NCBI GenBank assembly: GCA_035292445.1
Contig: DATDQB010000023.1
Span: forward strand, 153,533 to 217,532
DNA: 64,000 nt
Direction of reading: 5' to 3'
Origin: Candidatus Omnitrophota bacterium
Lineage (GTDB): Bacteria; Omnitrophota; Gorgyraeia; Zapsychrales; Zapsychraceae
Every line of letters starts with the position of its first letter. Position 1 is the first letter of the stretch. The position numbers and the translations under genes were made by a program. Shown here one piece after another: positions 31,578 through 40,891 of this stretch. The notes under the pieces were generated by a model, which was not told where the DNA came from, made no database searches, and was given only the letters and a program-made list of their open reading frames with translations.

Positions 31578-31657
31578 GTCATCAGTCGTCAGACGTCAGT
31601 CATCAGAAGCTGTCAGTCTGATGACTTCTGAAGACTGATGGCTGAAGACTGATGACT
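31577..31657. repeat. Heptamer-repeat hairpin (AGTCATC-type / CTGATGA-type)
   Basis: agtcatc agtcgtc agacgtc agtcatc ... ctgaaga ctgatgg ctgaaga ctgatga. Confidence 0.85.
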
Positions 31658-31659
31658 TC

Positions 31660-32358
31660 ATGAGCAAAACCACTCGTTTCTTTCTTTTCCTCTTTATCCT
31701 CGCCATTTGCTGGTACCTGGGCCGGTTCATCGACGTCGATATCGAAAAATACCAGGAGCTTTTCAGCCGTTATCCGCTGTTTCTTTCCGGCGTCATTTTT
31801 GTCATCCTTTACGTGGGGGTGACGTTCTTTGTCTGGTTCGCCGCTAAAGATATCTTCCGCATTTCAAGCGCATTAATCTTCGGCCCATATGTCAGTGCGT
31901 TATTGGTCTATTTGGGGGAATTGGGCAATTGCCTTGTTCTGTTCCATCTGGCTCGTAAATTGGGGCAGGATTATGTGGTGCAGAAATTCGGTTTAAAAAA
32001 GGAAGATTTGGAAAAAAGTAAAGAAAGAAAAGGTTCGTTCGGCGCCTTTACGTTACGGATCAACCCGCTCATTCCCTACCGTTTTCAGGATCTGGGCGCT
32101 GGGCTTTCAACGATATCCTTCAAGCAGTATTTTCCCGCCATCGCCCTCGCTTCCGCCCCGCGGATCCTTTTCTTCCAATATGTGATCGCCGGGGTGGGTA
32201 TGAGCATTTTCAAGGACTTCAACCACGCCACTGCCTACATGCAGGAGCACAGCGAGATCCTCATCTTCGGTAGCCTCTATTTGTTTTTTGTGATCGCTAT
32301 GACGGCCGCTTATTTTATCAATAAGCGCCTTCAAAAAAGGCGGGCAACGAACATTTAA
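31660..32358 (+). CDS. DedA/TVP38 (VTT domain) membrane protein
   Basis: 'ALIFG', 'LARKLG', 'LRINPLIPY', 'AGLSTISF' and TM pattern. Confidence 0.85.
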   Translation: MSKTTRFFLFLFILAICWYLGRFIDVDIEKYQELFSRYPLFLSGVIFVILYVGVTFFVWFAAKDIFRISSALIFGPYVSALLVYLGELGNCLVLFHLARKLGQDYVVQKFGLKKEDLEKSKERKGSFGAFTLRINPLIPYRFQDLGAGLSTISFKQYFPAIALASAPRILFFQYVIAGVGMSIFKDFNHATAYMQEHSEILIFGSLYLFFVIAMTAAYFINKRLQKRRATNI

Positions 32359-32379
32359 GCGGGGACGGCCTCAAGAGGC

Positions 32380-32456
32380 TTGACTCTTCGACTTCGCTCA
32401 GAGTCAACCCTGAGCAAACCCCGTTGTTTTTAGCGGGGTGCGTCGAATGGGTTGAC
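32380..32456. repeat. TTGAC-bounded palindromic element (same family as the holA insert)
   Basis: TTGACTCTTCGACTTCGCTCAGAGTCAACCCTGAGC...GTCGAATGGGTTGAC. Confidence 0.8.
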
Positions 32457-32945
32457 GTCTTTGACCACGTATTGGTTGATATCCCAGACGATGGTGCTTT
32501 CAAAGTGCTCTTCTTCCAGATTTTTATAATGTAAGCGCATCTTAAAGGGATTGTCATGGAATTGAAGGACGAGCGAGCCCGGTGAGCCGGCGGTGACATC
32601 GAAATTATTGTCGAAGACCTTATATTCCAGCTCCATACGCCCGTTGGGGCGTAGCAAAACCAGCGGCTCGAATTTTAGAATCAGCTCTTTTTTAAAGCCG
32701 TAATCGACCGTGATAGGCAGATCATCGATCTTGACGTCTTTGGCGTAGCAATAACTTTCGTTTTTAAGATAGGCCTTAAGGTTTTCCCGGTCTACTTCAA
32801 AGGTAAGAAGGGGGAAGGTGCGTTTGCGCTTTTCTTCGGCAAGAAGTTTCTTGAGAGTGCGGATCTTAGCCAGCAGAACAAAGACTACCGCAACCAACAT
32901 CCCGGCCGCGCCTAATATCAGATAAAAAAGCAGTTCAGTGTCCAT
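32430..32945 (-). CDS. Hypothetical protein with N-terminal TM helix
   Basis: ORF with GGAG RBS before the ATG at 32945; no recognised domain. Confidence 0.6.
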   Translation of the reverse strand: MDTELLFYLILGAAGMLVAVVFVLLAKIRTLKKLLAEEKRKRTFPLLTFEVDRENLKAYLKNESYCYAKDVKIDDLPITVDYGFKKELILKFEPLVLLRPNGRMELEYKVFDNNFDVTAGSPGSLVLQFHDNPFKMRLHYKNLEEEHFESTIVWDINQYVVKDVNPFDAPR

Positions 32946-33037
32946 ATCGCTCCAATCGTACGCTCTGATTAAAGTGTACCCTATCATTATAGCCCGTGGC
33001 AAGTTTTTTTGGCAGCGGAAAGCGTAAAATTTCCTTG

Positions 33038-33229
33038 GCTGCTAGAAAATTCATTTCTCCGCAGCAAAGAAGATATTCCGAGCGGAGCGAGGAATTTTCT
33101 TGTAGCAAATTTTTGGGAATTGTTCTATACTTCTGCTACGCTCAAATGCTTTCGCGTTGAGCTTCGCAGAAACAGGTTCAGGCTTGTTCCTGCGTAGCCA
33201 AAGGCGTAAGCACTTTGGCGAAGCAGAAG
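33038..33229. repeat. Two adjacent palindromic (REP/MITE-like) elements
   Basis: GCTGCTAGAAAATTC...GAATTTTCTTGTAGC (33038-33106) and CTTCTGCTACGC...GCGAAGCAGAAG (33130-33229), the latter with two inner hairpins. Confidence 0.7.
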
Positions 33230-33242
33230 AAACGGTGCAGCT

Positions 33243-33515
33243 ATGAATAAACAAAATATACTTATCATAACTCTTATCTTATTGCTTTCCTTAGGGATCA
33301 GCGCCTATTCGAAAGAAGCCTCTATCGCTAAAGACACGCTTTTGTACGTCAAAGACCATGCGGGCGAGAATTTTCTTGTCCTGAAGGTTGAGGAGTGTGT
33401 GTTAGGCGATGGTGGGCAAGTCTCCTGCGCGATGAAACCCGAAGAAGGCGCCAAAGTTACCCAAGCTGGCCCGGTGAAAAGTTTCTGGGCAAAGCTGGCC
33501 TATCCGCAAAGTTAG
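33243..33515 (+). CDS. Small exported hypothetical protein
   Basis: Signal peptide; two Cys. Confidence 0.55.
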   Translation: MNKQNILIITLILLLSLGISAYSKEASIAKDTLLYVKDHAGENFLVLKVEECVLGDGGQVSCAMKPEEGAKVTQAGPVKSFWAKLAYPQS

Positions 33516-33523
33516 GTTGGCCA

Positions 33524-33580
33524 AAGACACAGGACACAAGACACATTTAACCTGTGTCATGTGTCGTGTGTCCGGTGCCT
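33524..33580. repeat. Heptamer-repeat hairpin (AAGACAC / TGTGTCN)
   Basis: aagacac aggacac aagacac ... tgtgtca tgtgtcg tgtgtcc; overlaps the thiH 3' end. Confidence 0.8.
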
Positions 33581-34596
33581 TGAATTCTTCTCCACTCCGT
33601 AAATACTGGATCGAGGTTTCTTTGTTTTAATAATTTCACGACATCCCGCACGCTGCGGTGGTCTTCGATGTCGAATTGCGGGTGCTGTTCATCGAGCGGT
33701 TCGATAGTATAGCCGCCAACGGAGGTATTTGAGCCGGCCGAGATTTTGGTGACGCCCAATTCCAGCGCGTGGTCGCGTAAAGATGGTTTTTCGCGGGTTG
33801 ATAAGTTGATGCCGACACGCGGGAACAAGATGCGCGTCAGGCAGATGATCTTGATAAAAGTTTTATCATCTACGTTACAACGCGCGAAGTTTTCGCCTTT
33901 AATGGGCTGGATACGTGGGAATGAAATTGAATATTCAACGCCAGGAAAATTTTTCTCCATGTAACGGATGTGATTGTTGAGCGCGTATAAATCTTCTGCT
34001 AAATTCTCCGATAGTCCCAACAAAATACCCATCGAAACCTGCCTGATCCCGCCTTCGGCCGCGCGTGCCGGCGCGTGCAAGCGGAAATCATAGTTAGATT
34101 TGACGCCGGAGATGTGGACTTGCTTGTAGCGCTCTTTACCGTACGTCTCCTGGTAAACGGTGATCCCATCCACGCCTGCTTCAAAAAGTTCTTTGTATTC
34201 GTACGCCTCCATCGGATGCACTTCAAGCGCGATGCTGGGAAAATATTTTTTTGCCACCGTAACGGCTTCTTTTAAATAGGAAAGGGGCGTGATCTTGTAC
34301 GACTCACCGGTTAACAGCAGAACGTTTTCGATCCCTTGATCAGCGAGGAATTTCATCTCGCTGTGCATTTGTTCGTCCGTCAGTTTAAAACGTTTGATGC
34401 GGTTATGCGAATGGAAACCGCAGTAGGTGCAGTAACTGGAGCAGAAGTTCGACAGATACAAAGGCGCGTACAGAGAAATCGTGCGCCCGAAATATTGTTC
34501 TTTGATCTGTTTGGCCTGTTGCGCTAGCTCTTCGAGGAATGTCGGGTGGTTATTGGAGATAATTTCTTTAATTTTTGGCAGCGGCAAAGTTGGCAT
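33547..34596 (-). CDS. thiH: 2-iminoacetate synthase
   Basis: YAPLYLSNFCSSYCTYCGF, YQETY, SFPR, LSTRE, QFDIEDHRS; located in the thi operon. Confidence 0.9.
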   Translation of the reverse strand: MPTLPLPKIKEIISNNHPTFLEELAQQAKQIKEQYFGRTISLYAPLYLSNFCSSYCTYCGFHSHNRIKRFKLTDEQMHSEMKFLADQGIENVLLLTGESYKITPLSYLKEAVTVAKKYFPSIALEVHPMEAYEYKELFEAGVDGITVYQETYGKERYKQVHISGVKSNYDFRLHAPARAAEGGIRQVSMGILLGLSENLAEDLYALNNHIRYMEKNFPGVEYSISFPRIQPIKGENFARCNVDDKTFIKIICLTRILFPRVGINLSTREKPSLRDHALELGVTKISAGSNTSVGGYTIEPLDEQHPQFDIEDHRSVRDVVKLLKQRNLDPVFTEWRRIQGTGHTTHDTG

Positions 34597-34625
34597 ATAA
34601 AATTCCGTTAGGGGGAAGAAAGAGA

Positions 34626-35255
34626 TCACTTTTTCTTGAATTCTTCCATTGTCTTTTCGTGGTCATATATTTCATAATCATCGGGGACTCGGAACTTACT
34701 TTCATCGATCGTAACATTTTCGTCAATAGATACAGCGATAATGCTGAAATTAAAAGAGCTGTCTTCCCAAACGGTCTTTATTACAATGTTATTCCATACG
34801 CAGATTTGTTCTTTAAAGGATTCATCTTTGTTTTGTAAAAGCTCACAAGTTTTACCGCCAAGAATTTCTGTACCGATTTTCTCAAATCGGTTTTTATCTC
34901 CTTCGATTTTTAATAAAAGTGGGTTGGAGTTGTAATAATAGGATTTTCTAAGATCTTGTTTACTTGCCGTTTTGTCGGATAGGCCGTAAACATATTGTAT
35001 TGTATGATCTCTTACAATTACATTACGAATATAGTCTTCTCCATCGCGAATGACGATAAACTCCGTGGCTTCACGCATACCAAATTGATCAAAATAAGTC
35101 GTCGATTTGGATTTTAAAACGTTATTTTCAAAATTATGAAAGTGAATGATGCCCGATTTAATTGTATAGAGACTATCGGATGTTTGGGGAAAAGCGATTG
35201 AAGTATTTAAGAATAGTATAAGAAAGATTGTGAGAGTAAAAGGAGGAGTTTTCAT
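34626..35255 (-). CDS. AT-rich exported hypothetical protein inserted in the thi operon
   Basis: Signal peptide; 'GTEILGGKTC', 'FRVPDDY' resemble LolA/DUF4412-like proteins. Confidence 0.6.
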   Translation of the reverse strand: MKTPPFTLTIFLILFLNTSIAFPQTSDSLYTIKSGIIHFHNFENNVLKSKSTTYFDQFGMREATEFIVIRDGEDYIRNVIVRDHTIQYVYGLSDKTASKQDLRKSYYYNSNPLLLKIEGDKNRFEKIGTEILGGKTCELLQNKDESFKEQICVWNNIVIKTVWEDSSFNFSIIAVSIDENVTIDESKFRVPDDYEIYDHEKTMEEFKKK

Positions 35256-36062
35256 CTATTTTTCATAGTATAGAAAGCCTGTTAAAGGTGATGAGGGAGA
35301 GGCCTTTTCCTGAACAGTTGGCAATTTGCTAAGGTAAGCGAGCCGTCCGGCTTCAATGGCCTGCGCGAAGGCTTTGGCCAGTAACGCGGGGTTGCCTGCA
35401 GTGGCTATCGCGGTATTTACCAAAACCGCATCGCAGCCCATTTCCATGGTCTCAGCCGCTTGTGATGGCGTGCCGATTCCGGCATCCACTATGATCGGCA
35501 CTTCATTAATTTCATCAACAATTATCTGGATGAATTCTTTGGCCTTTAGCCCCTTGTTGGTGCCGATGCAGCTACCCAGCGGCATGACCGCTGCTGCTCC
35601 GGCTTTGACCAACGCCCTGGCCGCATAAAGGTCCGGGAACATGTAGGGCAGCACGATGAACCCTTCTTTTGCCAGGATTTCAGTAGCCTTGATGGTTTCG
35701 TTGTTATCCGGCAGTAAATACTTGCTGTCGTTGATAACCTCGATCTTGACCCAATTCCCGCAGCCGGATTCTTTCGCCAGCCGGGCTATGCGGACCGCCT
35801 CGGAGGCGTTTCTGGCCCCTGAGGTATTGGTCAAAAGGGTGATGCCTTGCGGAATATACTCTAATATATTGTCTTCGTGGCGTTCCAGGTCGATGCGACG
35901 CAGCGCCACCGTCACCAATTGCGTGCCGCTCGTTTTGATCGCCGCGGCCAGGTCGGTCTTATTCTTGAATTTGCCCGTTCCCAGCAAAAAGCGGCTGGTA
36001 AAGGCCTTGTTGGCTATGATCAGTGGAGTATCTTCGATTGTATCTGTAGTCTGCGTATTCAT
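35256..36062 (-). CDS. thiG: Thiazole synthase
   Basis: [35 protein letters not shown]. Confidence 0.97.
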   Translation of the reverse strand: MNTQTTDTIEDTPLIIANKAFTSRFLLGTGKFKNKTDLAAAIKTSGTQLVTVALRRIDLERHEDNILEYIPQGITLLTNTSGARNASEAVRIARLAKESGCGNWVKIEVINDSKYLLPDNNETIKATEILAKEGFIVLPYMFPDLYAARALVKAGAAAVMPLGSCIGTNKGLKAKEFIQIIVDEINEVPIIVDAGIGTPSQAAETMEMGCDAVLVNTAIATAGNPALLAKAFAQAIEAGRLAYLSKLPTVQEKASPSSPLTGFLYYEK

Positions 36063-36069
36063 TCGTGTG

Positions 36070-36133
36070 GTTACCAGTTACCTGTTTCCTGTTACCAGTT
36101 TGTTTTACGGGTAACCGGTAACGGGCAACAGGT
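36070..36133. repeat. Heptamer-repeat hairpin (GTTACCW / GGTAAC)
   Basis: gttacca gttacct gtttcct gttacca ... gggtaac cggtaac gggcaac. Confidence 0.8.
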
Positions 36134-36143
36134 TGCTTTACAA

Positions 36144-36344
36144 TTATCCCCCTGCCACAAGCGCGACCAGTTCGATGGAATCGCCGTTTTGGACCGTTAT
36201 ATCGGCCCAGCGGTGGCGTTTGATGATCTCCCCGTTGACTTCGGCCACGATGTGGGAGGAGTTTTTCAGGCTCGTATCGATAACGTCTTTAAGGGTTTGG
36301 GTTTTTTCGCAAATTTTCTCTTTGCCATTGATGCGGATTTTCAT
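36144..36344 (-). CDS. thiS: Sulfur carrier protein ThiS
   Basis: MKIRING..., 'EVNGEII', C-terminal GG. Confidence 0.95.
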   Translation of the reverse strand: MKIRINGKEKICEKTQTLKDVIDTSLKNSSHIVAEVNGEIIKRHRWADITVQNGDSIELVALVAGG

Positions 36345-36615
36345 AGTGAACCATCTTAGAACAAACAGGGCCAAAAATCAACACATAAAATTCAGTAAAG
36401 TTGTGGAAATCAGGAAAAATTTATGAAATAATGAAATCGTCCTGATTGAGAAGGCTTACCAGCAGCCATATATTTTATCAAAGCATCTAACTTGTTGGAT
36501 GCTTTGTTTTTTTAAGCCTCAAGATAAACGAGATTTTTGAAAGAATAGTAGATTTTTATATATATTTGTAGTATAAAGAATTCGTTTAAACATACCCCTA
36601 AAAAGAGAGAGGAAA

Positions 36616-37071
36616 ATGAAACATAACCAGGTCTTCGGGTATCAATTATTGTTGGATCTGTATGATTGCAAAGAAGGCGTTTGTGATGATCTAACGCTTA
36701 ATTATCAGTTTTTGGATGAAATCGTCGGAGAATTGGGCATGGAGAAGCAAGCGCCGCCAAATATTTTCCGAAGCGATGGGATCCGGTTTCCCGACAAGGC
36801 TGGTTTATCGGGGTGGGTTCCCTTGATCGAAAGCTCCGTCGTTATCCATACGTTGACCCCCAAGAATTTTATCTCCATCGACGTTTACTGCTGCCGATGG
36901 TTCGATACAAATAAGGCCAAAGCGTTTTGTAAGAAATTTTTTAATCCCAAACGTATCGATGAACAATATATCGAGCGCGGGATGGATTATTACAAAGCAG
37001 AGTCCAATTACGCGACGTTGACGGTTAAAAATACCGCTCACGAACCGCAAGTTCTCGTTACAAAAAAGTAA
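36616..37071 (+). CDS. Pyruvoyl-dependent S-adenosylmethionine decarboxylase family protein
   Basis: 'LLLDLYDC', 'GLSG..PLIES', 'IHT', 'SIDVYCC', 'IERG'. Confidence 0.8.
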   Translation: MKHNQVFGYQLLLDLYDCKEGVCDDLTLNYQFLDEIVGELGMEKQAPPNIFRSDGIRFPDKAGLSGWVPLIESSVVIHTLTPKNFISIDVYCCRWFDTNKAKAFCKKFFNPKRIDEQYIERGMDYYKAESNYATLTVKNTAHEPQVLVTKK

Positions 37072-37085
37072 TTGATTTATATTCG

Positions 37086-37124
37086 AAAAGGGAATAATCT
37101 CTCTAAAAAGGATTATTCCCTTTT
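37086..37124 (+). terminator. Intrinsic (bidirectional-type) terminator
   Basis: AAAAGGGAATAATC...GATTATTCCCTTTT. Confidence 0.75.
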
Positions 37125-37160
37125 GATTTGATGCAGGGTTTCATGTCGGCAAATCACATT

Positions 37161-39662
37161 ATGGAATACTCAATCAACACAATTAAATCGCTCGAAGCCA
37201 AGTGGCAGAAGTACTGGGATGAATCGAAGATATTTCACGCCCACGAAGACCCTTCCAAGAAAAAATACTATGTCCTGGAGATGTATCCGTATCCTTCCGG
37301 CAAGCTGCACATGGGGCATGTGCGCAATTACACGATCGGCGATGTTCTCGCGCGTTTCTGGCGCATGCAGGGGCGTAACGTTCTTTATCCTATTGGGTTC
37401 GATTCCTTCGGCCTTCCTGCCGAGAATGCGGCCATTAAAAATAACGAAGACCCGAAAGCCTGGACCGAAAAACGCATGGAGGAGATGGTCCGGCAAATGA
37501 AGAAGATCGGGTTAAGTTATGACTGGTCGCGGTACCTTTACAGCCACAGCCCCGAATATTACAAATGGAACCAGTGGATTTTTATCCAGATGTTCAAGAA
37601 TGGGCTGGTTTATAAAAAGAAATCGCTGGTGAATTGGGATCCGGTCGATAAAACGGTTTTGGCGAACGAACAGGTCATTGACGGCAAAGGCTGGCGCTCG
37701 GGCGCGGAAGTTGAGAAAAAAGAAATCGAGCAGTGGTTTATTAAAATTACGGCGTTTGCCGAGGAATTGTTGAATGATCTGGAAAAGTTGGAGGATTGGC
37801 CCGAGCGGGTCAAGACCATGCAGCGCAATTGGATCGGCAAAAGTTACGGCACGTTGATTAAATTCGATGTCGTTGATGAGAAGGGCAAAAGAATTGACAT
37901 GATCGAAACTTTCACGACGCGCCCTGATACGGTTTTCGGGATCGAATACGTAGTCGCCGCCGCGGAGCATCCCAAGGTGAAAGAATGGACCAAGGGCACC
38001 AAGAAAGAAAAAGAGGTGAATACTTTTATAGAGAAGGTTTCCAAGGAATCGCTGATTGAGCGGATGGAGGAGGGAAAAGAGAAAAACGGAGTCGCCTTGG
38101 GCGTCCACGCGATTAATCCGGTGAATAAAAAGAAAATCCCTTTGTGGGCGGCCGATTATGTATTGATGGATTACGGCACCGGCATTGTCATGGCGGTCCC
38201 GGCGCATGATCAGCGCGACTTTTTATTTGCGAAAAAATATAAATTACCAATCACGGTTGTCATTCATCCGGATGATGTAGGGGCGGGGTCTCCCCGCCCT
38301 AACACGGAGGGCGCGGAAACCGCGCCCGTACAGGCAGCGTTCGTCGATGTCGGGATAATGGTCAACAGCGACCTATTTAACGGCATCAGATCCGATGAAG
38401 CCATCGACAAGATGAGTGTATGGATAGAAAAACAAGGGTTTGGCAAGCGCACGGTTACGTATCGACTGAAAGATTGGCTCATTTCCCGCCAGCGTTATTG
38501 GGGAACGCCGATCCCGATCTATTACGATGATAAAGGTGTGCCGCAGCCGATTCCGGAAGAAGAACTGCCGGTGGAGTTACCCAACGATATCGAGTTCGGC
38601 AAAGGCAATCCTTTGGAGACTTCCAAAAGTTTTAAATATTACGTTGATAAAAAGACCGGCAAGAAATATCGGCGCGAAACAGACACGATGGATACGTTTT
38701 TTGATTCTTCATGGTATTACATCCGTTATACGGATTTGAATATAAAAGCGCCTTTCGACAAGAACAAGGCCAATTACTGGATGCCGGTGGACCAGTATAT
38801 TGGCGGCATTGAGCACGCGATCTTGCATTTACTTTATGCGCGGTTTTTTAACAAATTTTTTAAAAAAATCGGGCTTATTCAATATGATGAGCCATTCAAA
38901 CGTTTATTAACGCAAGGGATGGTTTTGCTGCACGGGGAGGTCATGTCCAAGTCCAAAGGCAACATTGTTGACCCGGATGAGATGGTCGAGAAGTTCGGCA
39001 CTGATAGCTTGCGTTTGTTCATGCTTTTTGCCGCGCCTCCCGAAGATCAGCTGGAGTGGAACGATAAAGCGATCGAAGGCGCGTGGCGTTTCTTAAACCG
39101 CATCTGGCAATTGGCCGAGGAGCGTTATAAGGCTGCGGTGGATAAAATCGATTCGGCGGATTTAGACGAAGCCGACAAGGACATGGAGCGGCTGCGCAAT
39201 GCGACCATCAAAAAGATCACGGATGATATCAAAAATTATAAATTCAACACGGCGATCAGCAGCATGATGATCTTGATGAACCATGTTGATAAATACAGGA
39301 CCGACAGCGTAACGAAGCAAGTGGTCCTGAACCGTACGATCAAAGATGTTGTTGTTCTTCTGTCTCCGATCGCGCCGCATATGTGTGAAGAGCTTTGGCA
39401 GAGCATGGGTAACAAAGAAGAGTCCATTATCCGTGCCGGCTGGCCCCGCTACGACGAAGCGGCACTCAAGGCCGATACGTTCGAGCTGGTCGTCCAAGTG
39501 AACGGCAAGTTACGCTCCAGGATCAAGGTCGCCTCCGACATTTCCCCCAAAGCCCTTGAGCCCATCGTGCTGTCGGATGAATCCGTCCAGAAATTCATTG
39601 ACGGCAAACCGGTCAAGAAATTCATCTACGTCCCCGGCAAACTGGCCAATATTGTTGTTTAA
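37161..39662 (+). CDS. leuS: Leucine--tRNA ligase
   Basis: [42 protein letters not shown]. Confidence 0.98.
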   Translation: MEYSINTIKSLEAKWQKYWDESKIFHAHEDPSKKKYYVLEMYPYPSGKLHMGHVRNYTIGDVLARFWRMQGRNVLYPIGFDSFGLPAENAAIKNNEDPKAWTEKRMEEMVRQMKKIGLSYDWSRYLYSHSPEYYKWNQWIFIQMFKNGLVYKKKSLVNWDPVDKTVLANEQVIDGKGWRSGAEVEKKEIEQWFIKITAFAEELLNDLEKLEDWPERVKTMQRNWIGKSYGTLIKFDVVDEKGKRIDMIETFTTRPDTVFGIEYVVAAAEHPKVKEWTKGTKKEKEVNTFIEKVSKESLIERMEEGKEKNGVALGVHAINPVNKKKIPLWAADYVLMDYGTGIVMAVPAHDQRDFLFAKKYKLPITVVIHPDDVGAGSPRPNTEGAETAPVQAAFVDVGIMVNSDLFNGIRSDEAIDKMSVWIEKQGFGKRTVTYRLKDWLISRQRYWGTPIPIYYDDKGVPQPIPEEELPVELPNDIEFGKGNPLETSKSFKYYVDKKTGKKYRRETDTMDTFFDSSWYYIRYTDLNIKAPFDKNKANYWMPVDQYIGGIEHAILHLLYARFFNKFFKKIGLIQYDEPFKRLLTQGMVLLHGEVMSKSKGNIVDPDEMVEKFGTDSLRLFMLFAAPPEDQLEWNDKAIEGAWRFLNRIWQLAEERYKAAVDKIDSADLDEADKDMERLRNATIKKITDDIKNYKFNTAISSMMILMNHVDKYRTDSVTKQVVLNRTIKDVVVLLSPIAPHMCEELWQSMGNKEESIIRAGWPRYDEAALKADTFELVVQVNGKLRSRIKVASDISPKALEPIVLSDESVQKFIDGKPVKKFIYVPGKLANIVV
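38276..38332. repeat. GTAG-type REP doublet (REPIN-like), in frame within leuS
   Basis: TGTAGGGGCGGGGTCTCCCCGCCC-spacer-GGGCGCGGAAACCGCGCCCGTACA. Confidence 0.85.
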
Positions 39663-39681
39663 CTTTCGATAATTAAAATAC

Positions 39682-39710
39682 TTGTATTATGTGTTAACAC
39701 ATATTATACT
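39682..39710 (+). promoter_or_regulatory. TA promoter with a palindromic operator in the spacer
   Basis: TTGTAT-N17-TATACT; perfect palindrome TATGTGTTAACACATA at 39688-39703. Confidence 0.7.
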
Positions 39711-39733
39711 TAGCATAGAAAGGAGATCGTTCT

Positions 39734-39958
39734 ATGCCAAACATGACACTCGCCATTCCGGATGATTTGAAGGAAAAAATGGACCGTTTCAAGGAGATCA
39801 ACTGGTCGGAGGTCGCGCGTCAGGCCATCCGCGAAAAGACGCTGCTTTTGGAGCGCGTTAATCAGATACTTTCCGGCAGCACGCTGGATGAGGCTTTCCT
39901 TGAAACCCACGCAGCCAAGATCAAAAAAAGCGTATCCAAAAAGCACAAGACGGGCTAA
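39734..39958 (+). CDS. Ribbon-helix-helix antitoxin (VapB-like)
   Basis: 'NMTLAIPDDLKEKM...INWSEVARQAI'; directly upstream of a PIN gene. Confidence 0.8.
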   Translation: MPNMTLAIPDDLKEKMDRFKEINWSEVARQAIREKTLLLERVNQILSGSTLDEAFLETHAAKIKKSVSKKHKTG

Positions 39959-39961
39959 AGC

Positions 39962-40387
39962 ATGCAACTTGTTGTTGATGCCAATATCCTACTGGCCGCC
40001 TTTTTAAAGAAGGCTGTTACCAGGGAGTTTCTTTTGGACTCACGGCTTAACCTGGCGGCTCCGGAGCATCTTCTTTCGGAAACCCTCCGTCATCTGCGCC
40101 GGGACGCCTCGATTAGAAAGCGCATCGGGTTGCCGATTGAGGAAATAGAAGCGCTGTTTTTGCAGCTGACCCACCGGATCCAGGTTTTCCCCCAAGTAGC
40201 GTATCGATCTTTCATGAAAGAAGCACTGGCGCTGGCCGCGCATCATGAGGACGCGCCTTATCTCGCGCTGGCGTTAATGTTAAAGGCTGTCGTGTGGTCA
40301 AATGACAAGGGGATGAAACAACAGGCGACGGTGACCGTTTATTCGACCAGTGAATTGCTGGCCATATTGCAGCAAATGAGCGGTTGA
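39962..40387 (+). CDS. PIN-domain toxin (VapC-like)
   Basis: 'VVDANIL', 'EDAPYLALA', 'WSNDK'. Confidence 0.88.
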   Translation: MQLVVDANILLAAFLKKAVTREFLLDSRLNLAAPEHLLSETLRHLRRDASIRKRIGLPIEEIEALFLQLTHRIQVFPQVAYRSFMKEALALAAHHEDAPYLALALMLKAVVWSNDKGMKQQATVTVYSTSELLAILQQMSG

Positions 40388-40555
40388 GGCGGGGGAATTC
40401 GGTACGCGTTCCCGGAAATTGCATCCGAATATCCAAAAATTCCTTGAAGGAAAGCCCCCTAAGAAGTTTATTTACGTTGCTGGCAAATTGGCGAACGTCG
40501 TAGTATAATCCTGATTATTCCCCACCGCTCGGTTTCCCCACCATAGCGTATCTTC

Positions 40556-40891
40556 ATGTTCAATCAACAAGAGAAAATATTTCTTTTAGGCATTTGCGCC
40601 GTTTTGTTTTTCGGCGCCTGCCTGGACTTGGCGTTCAAACAGTTTCCCTTTCTTTCTTCCATTGTTAACGTGATGGAAAGCCCGTCCGTTTATCCCAAGG
40701 TCGACGTCAATCAGGCCAACCGCGAGGAGCTCGTGCGCATTCCCTATATTGGTGATTATACGGCCGGAAGAATCATCGCGTACCGCCAAACGCACGGGGG
40801 CTTTCGTTCCCTGGAAGAATTAAAAAAGGTCACCGGCATCAAAGAGAAAAATTATGAGCGTTTTAAATCTTATTTGAAAGTTCGCCCATGA
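40556..40891 (+). CDS. comEA: ComEA-like HhH DNA-binding protein
   Basis: 'VDVNQANREELVRIPYIG', 'FRSLEELKKVTGI'. Confidence 0.88.
   Translation: MFNQQEKIFLLGICAVLFFGACLDLAFKQFPFLSSIVNVMESPSVYPKVDVNQANREELVRIPYIGDYTAGRIIAYRQTHGGFRSLEELKKVTGIKEKNYERFKSYLKVRP

Noticed and set aside
36345-36615. TPP riboswitch upstream of thiS
   Set aside because: No GCTGAGA / CCTGA...TAATGC core was found on the minus strand
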